11,550 bases of DNA. Source: an uncultured Gammaproteobacteria bacterium (GTDB lineage: Bacteria > Pseudomonadota > Gammaproteobacteria > Enterobacterales > UBA3532). The notes under the pieces are model-generated. The model ran no database searches. It had not been told where the DNA came from and saw only the letters and a program-made list of their open reading frames with translations. The number at the start of each line of letters is the position of its first letter. Position 1 is the first letter of the stretch. Positions 8,101-11,550 of this stretch are shown here, piece after piece. Position numbers and translations under genes: made by a program. Where the stretch lies: the NCBI GenBank assembly GCA_964001325.1, contig CAXFCR010000082.1, forward strand, positions 1 to 11,550, given 5' to 3'.

Positions 8101-10502
8101 ATCGTGAAGGCTATGAAAAAGGCATTCATGATCATGATGCTGCGCGAATTTTGGTGCCGCTTGTTTCATCCTATCAACAGGCAGGCCCATTGCGCTATGA
8201 TCCAACAAGTCGCGCACTGGCGATCCTGTTCTGGTTGCAATACATGGAAAGCGACGCGACTGCCGGTTGGGAGGCGCGGGCGCGTGATGGCTTGAAACTG
8301 GCTGAGCTATTTAATAGCCGTAAAGCGCTAGAGCGGTTGCAGGATGAGGTCTATAAAGCATTGGCAGCCTTTGCTGAGGAAGAGTCGATCCCCGTTCATA
8401 CCACACAGCTTCGTCAAGCTTCGGTCTATTTAGCGTGGGAGCTGGGGCAAGACATCGTCTCGTTTGCGACGACCAAGTATGCATCCCAGCTTGCTGAGCA
8501 GTTTGAAATGCAACTCCGCTCAGCCAGCGGTTGGGACGGCTTTGAAAGTGCATTGCAAAACCTGGCCAGTCAACCCGGCAAAGCCTGGGCATTGGCGCAA
8601 AACTGGCTGGCGGCCTTTGTAGAAAATACCAACAACGATAGCGGCCATTTTATTGATGAAGCGGTTGCCATTGTTATTGGTGATAATCGACTTAGTCGAA
8701 CCGTCGTTAATGTTGATCTGCAATTGGATATTGAGCAACTCCTTGGCAGCCATCCTCGCCTTGAAGATCAATGTTTACGACTGACGCTGGATGATTTCTT
8801 ATTACGGTTGAATAAGCATATCGAGGATGTCGAGCCAGGCTACTATCGCTTTCAAGATGTGCGGCAATTGGTTATCGAGCGAGAGCGCGATGCATTAAAG
8901 CTCGAAGCCTTTAAGCCACGCCCGCTGTCGTCATTTGTGCGCAATAAGCTGATCAACGACGTCTATTTACCCATCATTGGTGACAATCTGGCCAAGCAAA
9001 TGGGGACGGTGGGCGATAGCAAGCGAACCGATTTGATGGGGCTGTTGCTGATGATCTCCCCGCCGGGCTACGGTAAAACCACTTTGATGGAATATGTAGC
9101 CAGCCGCTTGGGCTTGATCTTTATGAAGGTGAATTGCCCTGCTCTTGGTCATGATGTGACGTCGGTCGATCCGGCGAATGCGCCTAACAGCACAGCTCGG
9201 CAGGAGCTGGAAAAGCTCAACTTGGCGTTGGAGATGGGCAATAATGTGATGCTGTATTTAGATGATATTCAGCACACCCATCCTGAGTTTTTGCAGAAGT
9301 TTATTTCGCTGTGTGATGGTACGCGTCGTATTGAAGGCGTGTGGCGTGGCGAAACCAAAACTTACGACATGCGTGGCAAAAAATTCTGCGTGGTGATGGC
9401 CGGTAATCCATACACCGAGTCAGGCGAAACCTTCAAGATCCCAGACATGCTGGCCAACCGTGCCGATATCTATAACCTCGGTGATGTATTGGGCGGTAAA
9501 GAAGAGGTATTTGCGCTGAGTTATATTGAAAACTCGCTGACATCGAACAATGTGCTGGCACCGCTTGGCACGCGCGATATGAAAGACGTGTATAAGTTTG
9601 TCGCCTTGGCTCAGGGCGAGCAAGTGGCAAATAGCGATTTCAGCCATAGCTATTCGGGTGCCGAGATCAACGAGATCAAAACCGTACTGCAAAAAATGTT
9701 TGCCGTGCGCGATGTGATCCTCAAGGTCAATCAGCAATACATTGCATCGAGTGCCCAAGCAGATGACTACCGCACTGAGCCACCCTTCAAGCTTCAAGGC
9801 TCGTATCGGAACATGAACAAGATGGCCGAAAAGCTTTCCAGCGTGATGACAGACGATGAGTTGATGCGGGTAATTGCCGATCACTATCAGGGCGAATCGC
9901 AGTTGTTGACGGCAGGTGCCGAAGAAAACCTGCTCAAGCTGGCTGAATTGCGCGGCAACATGACCGATGAAGAAAAAGCTCGCTGGGACAGCATCAAAAC
10001 CAACTTCCAACGCAACAAGGCGATGGGCGGCAGTGATGCTGATGTTGGCACACGCGTCGTCGGGCAGTTGCGTGACATTGCTAGCGGGCTTGGTGAGCTG
10101 ACCAAGGCCTCGCTGCTTCAGTCTAAACACGCTTCAAGTGATGATGGCTCGGCTCAGTGGGCACAAATGATTCAACCCTTGCTGGAAAGTCAGCAGCAGA
10201 TCAGCGCGCTTGGAGAGAAAATCAACAAAGCAGTCGGAGCGTTGCAGTCTATGGAAACGCCGACACCACATATTGAAGTCATCAACCAGCCAGTTCCAGG
10301 CGTCGATCAAATTTTGCGAACCTTGTCAGATACGGTACAAAACAGCATTCAACCGTTGCTAAGAGTGATGGATGGCAAGCTCGATCTGGATCTAAAAACC
10401 CATACCAAAATGCATGAGATTGATAGCGCGCTCACCGGCCTGCGTAACATCGTTAATGAAGAGAAAAAAGCGCGTAAAGAGCGTGAGGATAAAGAGGCAT
10501 GA
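5190..10502 (+). CDS. Giant (1770 aa) uncharacterised protein with one C-terminal AAA+ ATPase module (MoxR/AAA_5-like)
   Basis: RBS GAGGGAAG at 5176-5183. Walker A GYGKTT (nt 9066-9083, aa about 1293-1298). Walker B LYLDDIQH (aa about 1355-1359, a DD variant). Sensor-1 Asn in VVMAGNPYT (N about 1406). Arg in LANRADIY (R about 1424), resembling the MoxR/dynein AAA_5 pattern. No second P-loop anywhere. The N-terminal third (about aa 60-470) is beta-rich. About aa 470-1250 is helical/coiled-coil (many E/Q/K/L-rich heptad-like stretches). There is a C-terminal helical region of about 300 aa. No TM segments. Confidence 0.85.
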   Translation: MTDSEQKNNAVEQAVADGGAYEVIRQRLTSQGKALQDAAKSVNQARIDEFGSTEMSVLGRLRLRTEHNCLARDLVIVGDIVLLGYNVFMGLKKETRVEDVFALYRIQQNDDQFEAEAIDYQQSFLADQRFVSDFDELYAYYKDTQLVQLVVRDGKLLASFQIGQRLTDIRVFRWSLAPDGKVLEYIDNRGERDIALPNKFDFEWVASKREDVIDGRNPHVNILDTLFVDTLRGDLTVKVEDNTNTGQGIYSDPVDDSSQSLDDAEIHYASLGDLILLRIKPYQEQDYRYLVFNRNNESVTRIDAIGESCVQLPEDHGIIFPGGMYLATGEYKTFDDDVSNLKYKRVFRSPNGEDVLYMFYREEDGLGALYGYNLIEKSLQNPLFAHGYGFYEDGRLIIFYAETEATRVHPIQIWKTPYFSDEFAAAQPERQSFYGKIGNAELVRGISELYSLSRSVLEANVSSSHYNDLAKRCQKLFDAYHWLTSSQLDGIDDLVKQIGETAEMVLDEYEKVESIRAQSNKALQEAVAEQQEIQRHIDPDAWSSPNDFVQGLDRLRSQRGHLLTIREYRYMDIERIDALERQVIEWEEELNQATVDFLASDGALKQYYDDLAHVAKEAPSQQTVAELKPLVDILENMAAGLDLLSELMATLKVPDATLQTRIVDNISELYAKLNQQKAKLEHQRKSMGSAEAVAQFGAQFKLFGQSINNALSLASTPDKCDEQLSRLLVQLEELEGQFSDYDEFLGDILAKRDEVYETFEAHKQKLLEQRQRKCQNLFDAAERILNSIERRSQKFTDQDELNSFFASDGLVQKIRSMSKELRELDDSVKADDLESRLKSAKDNAVRSLRDKSDIYEDGGNIIKLGPRHKFSVNTQALDLTIVPRSDGLYSHLTGTDYFEYLDDADLNALKPYWDMSIPSESPEVYRAEYLAFKLLMAARDGEGRTLTELATLCSDEQKLAAAVRDFATPRYREGYEKGIHDHDAARILVPLVSSYQQAGPLRYDPTSRALAILFWLQYMESDATAGWEARARDGLKLAELFNSRKALERLQDEVYKALAAFAEEESIPVHTTQLRQASVYLAWELGQDIVSFATTKYASQLAEQFEMQLRSASGWDGFESALQNLASQPGKAWALAQNWLAAFVENTNNDSGHFIDEAVAIVIGDNRLSRTVVNVDLQLDIEQLLGSHPRLEDQCLRLTLDDFLLRLNKHIEDVEPGYYRFQDVRQLVIERERDALKLEAFKPRPLSSFVRNKLINDVYLPIIGDNLAKQMGTVGDSKRTDLMGLLLMISPPGYGKTTLMEYVASRLGLIFMKVNCPALGHDVTSVDPANAPNSTARQELEKLNLALEMGNNVMLYLDDIQHTHPEFLQKFISLCDGTRRIEGVWRGETKTYDMRGKKFCVVMAGNPYTESGETFKIPDMLANRADIYNLGDVLGGKEEVFALSYIENSLTSNNVLAPLGTRDMKDVYKFVALAQGEQVANSDFSHSYSGAEINEIKTVLQKMFAVRDVILKVNQQYIASSAQADDYRTEPPFKLQGSYRNMNKMAEKLSSVMTDDELMRVIADHYQGESQLLTAGAEENLLKLAELRGNMTDEEKARWDSIKTNFQRNKAMGGSDADVGTRVVGQLRDIASGLGELTKASLLQSKHASSDDGSAQWAQMIQPLLESQQQISALGEKINKAVGALQSMETPTPHIEVINQPVPGVDQILRTLSDTVQNSIQPLLRVMDGKLDLDLKTHTKMHEIDSALTGLRNIVNEEKKARKEREDKEA

Positions 10503-10834
10503 TCGACAGGGAGCACTCTTCTGAAATGACGCATTATGCCGAACGACATGCCAACAAAACCAACCTTGTTATCCACCTTATAGCGGTGCCAGTGTTTATA
10601 CTGGCACACATAGGTCTGGTTTCATCATTACTCAGCAAACATTGGCTGGGTGTCGGAGTGAACTTGATGATGATCTTGCTGAGTTTGGCGATGCAGGGTA
10701 AAGGACATAAGCTGGAGCATACCCCGCCAGATCCCTTTGCCAGCCCTATAGACTTCGTAAAACGTATTTATCGTGAGCAGTTTTGGGTATTTCCAAGGTT
10801 TATGCTGGCGACAAAATCTAATGAGAATGAATAA
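10499..10834 (+). CDS. Small membrane protein, DUF962/Mpo1-like (YGL010w family)
   Basis: The ATG overlaps the giant ORF stop (ATGA). The N-terminus THYAERHANKTNLVIHLIAVPVF matches the DUF962 Y-x-x-x-H-x-x-N-x-x-x-H-x-x-x-x-P His/Asn motif as I recall it, followed by two hydrophobic helices. Confidence 0.5.
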   Translation: MIDREHSSEMTHYAERHANKTNLVIHLIAVPVFILAHIGLVSSLLSKHWLGVGVNLMMILLSLAMQGKGHKLEHTPPDPFASPIDFVKRIYREQFWVFPRFMLATKSNENE

Positions 10835-10847
10835 CTGAAAAGCTTCC

Positions 10848-11474
10848 CTAGTGAGCCATCTCAAATAGCTGTCGGATAATATTGACTGGCGTCGCATAGG
10901 ACTGCCCTGCGTTGACCAGACCATACTCCGTTTGATGGGCAACGTAAGAGCGAAGTATGCCGCTGAGTTCCCATTGGTTTTCGTAGCAATGGAGCAAAGC
11001 GCCACCAGAACTACCTGCATCGATGTGGGCGCTGGTGTGCAATCCTTTTAAGCGCTGGCGAATAAAACGGCCATGGGACACTTTTTGTGAGTGAGTTCCA
11101 GGATAGCCTATGGCAATAACTGGTTCGTTGTCGCGTAGTGGTTTGGCACTTAGTGGGATGGGTGGCGTGTTCAGCGTTTCAGCGCGTAGTAAGGCAATGT
11201 CTGCTCCCTGATGGGCCGCTACGAGCGATGCGCTGACATGCTGTCCTTGAATATCAACAATGACCTCACCATCGGTCGGCAAGCCGTGAAACACGGTCAC
11301 AATGCTATCAGACTCCACCACCACACCACTAAAGCTGCTATTGCCAACCTGGATGCGCACGATCGATGGGTAGTAGTCAACGATGCTGCAACCGGATGAA
11401 TTCGATGCTGCTGGAGTGGTGAATAGTAATCCGCCAATCAGGCTGAAAATAGTCCCTAATAACGGTGTACGCAC
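10848..11474 (-). CDS. Secreted trypsin-fold (S1/DegP-like, no PDZ) serine protease
   Basis: GTG start with AGG 7-9 nt upstream. The N-terminus has a signal-peptide shape (MRTPLLGTIFSLIGGLLFTTPAAS). Catalytic triad candidates: His (TVFHGLP), Asp (GADIALL), Ser in GSSGGAL (GDSGG-like). Confidence 0.8.
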   Translation of the reverse strand: MRTPLLGTIFSLIGGLLFTTPAASNSSGCSIVDYYPSIVRIQVGNSSFSGVVVESDSIVTVFHGLPTDGEVIVDIQGQHVSASLVAAHQGADIALLRAETLNTPPIPLSAKPLRDNEPVIAIGYPGTHSQKVSHGRFIRQRLKGLHTSAHIDAGSSGGALLHCYENQWELSGILRSYVAHQTEYGLVNAGQSYATPVNIIRQLFEMAH

Positions 11475-11518
11475 GGTGGTAGCCTGAGCCTTATGTTTAG
11501 GGTATCCGGAATTTCTGG

Positions 11519-11542
11519 TTGATAAAATGCCAAAGATGTAAA
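11519..11542 (-). promoter_or_regulatory. Possible promoter for the protease gene (TTTACA -35-like on the minus strand)
   Basis: The minus-strand read ctTTACAtctttggcattttatcaacc contains a 5-of-6 match to the -35 hexamer. The -10 is ambiguous. The window ends at 11550, so this call is weak. Confidence 0.2.
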
Positions 11543-11550
11543 GAAGAAAA

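Noticed and set aside
9420-10130. 236-aa minus-strand ORF inside the giant gene
   Set aside because: It is antisense to the region encoding sensor-1 and the Arg finger of the AAA+ module and the C-terminal tail, both in the + frame. Cys/His-rich composition is atypical. Long antisense ORFs are common in high-coding-density sequence.
1-11550. Mobile element, CRISPR array, tRNA or rRNA
   Set aside because: No terminal inverted repeats flanking a transposase-like ORF. No integrase or recombinase motifs. No regularly spaced direct repeats. No cloverleaf-compatible 70-90 nt segments. The only repeats are in-frame protein repeats and short hairpins.

Overview
The window is a single, tightly packed plus-strand gene cluster of eight genes (about 330 to 10,830), plus one convergent minus-strand gene at the 3' end. 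It looks like a gammaproteobacterium, but that guess rests only on codon and usage feel. By sequence motifs, the plus-strand genes are, in order: a DUF2170/YjfI-like protein, a PspA/IM30 (YjfJ-like, ESCRT-III superfamily) protein, a small protein made of two tandem ribbon-helix-helix motifs, a minimal rhomboid intramembrane serine protease, an NfeD/YqiJ-like membrane protein with a C-terminal OB-fold, a long SPFH/flotillin (YqiK-like) protein with an Ala/Glu/Lys-rich repeat tail, a 1770-aa uncharacterised protein carrying one MoxR/AAA_5-like AAA+ ATPase module near its C-terminus, and a small DUF962/Mpo1-like membrane protein. Most junctions are overlapping or only a few bases apart, which suggests translational coupling. 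The convergent gene encodes a secreted trypsin-fold serine protease. Upstream of the first gene is a sigma70-like promoter with two near-identical palindromic operator-like sites (GACAT-N3-ATGTC), one over the -35 element and one over the predicted start site. I found no tRNA, rRNA, CRISPR, IS or integrase signatures. The most interesting hypothesis is that this is a composite membrane-remodelling or membrane-repair system, possibly stress- or phage-related. It would combine an ESCRT-III-like PspA, flotillin/NfeD, a rhomboid protease and a giant AAA+ ATPase that could act as the Vps4-like partner canonical Psp systems lack, with self-regulation by an operon-encoded tandem-RHH protein. All functional assignments are motif-level readings of the translated ORFs. 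None was confirmed by database search.
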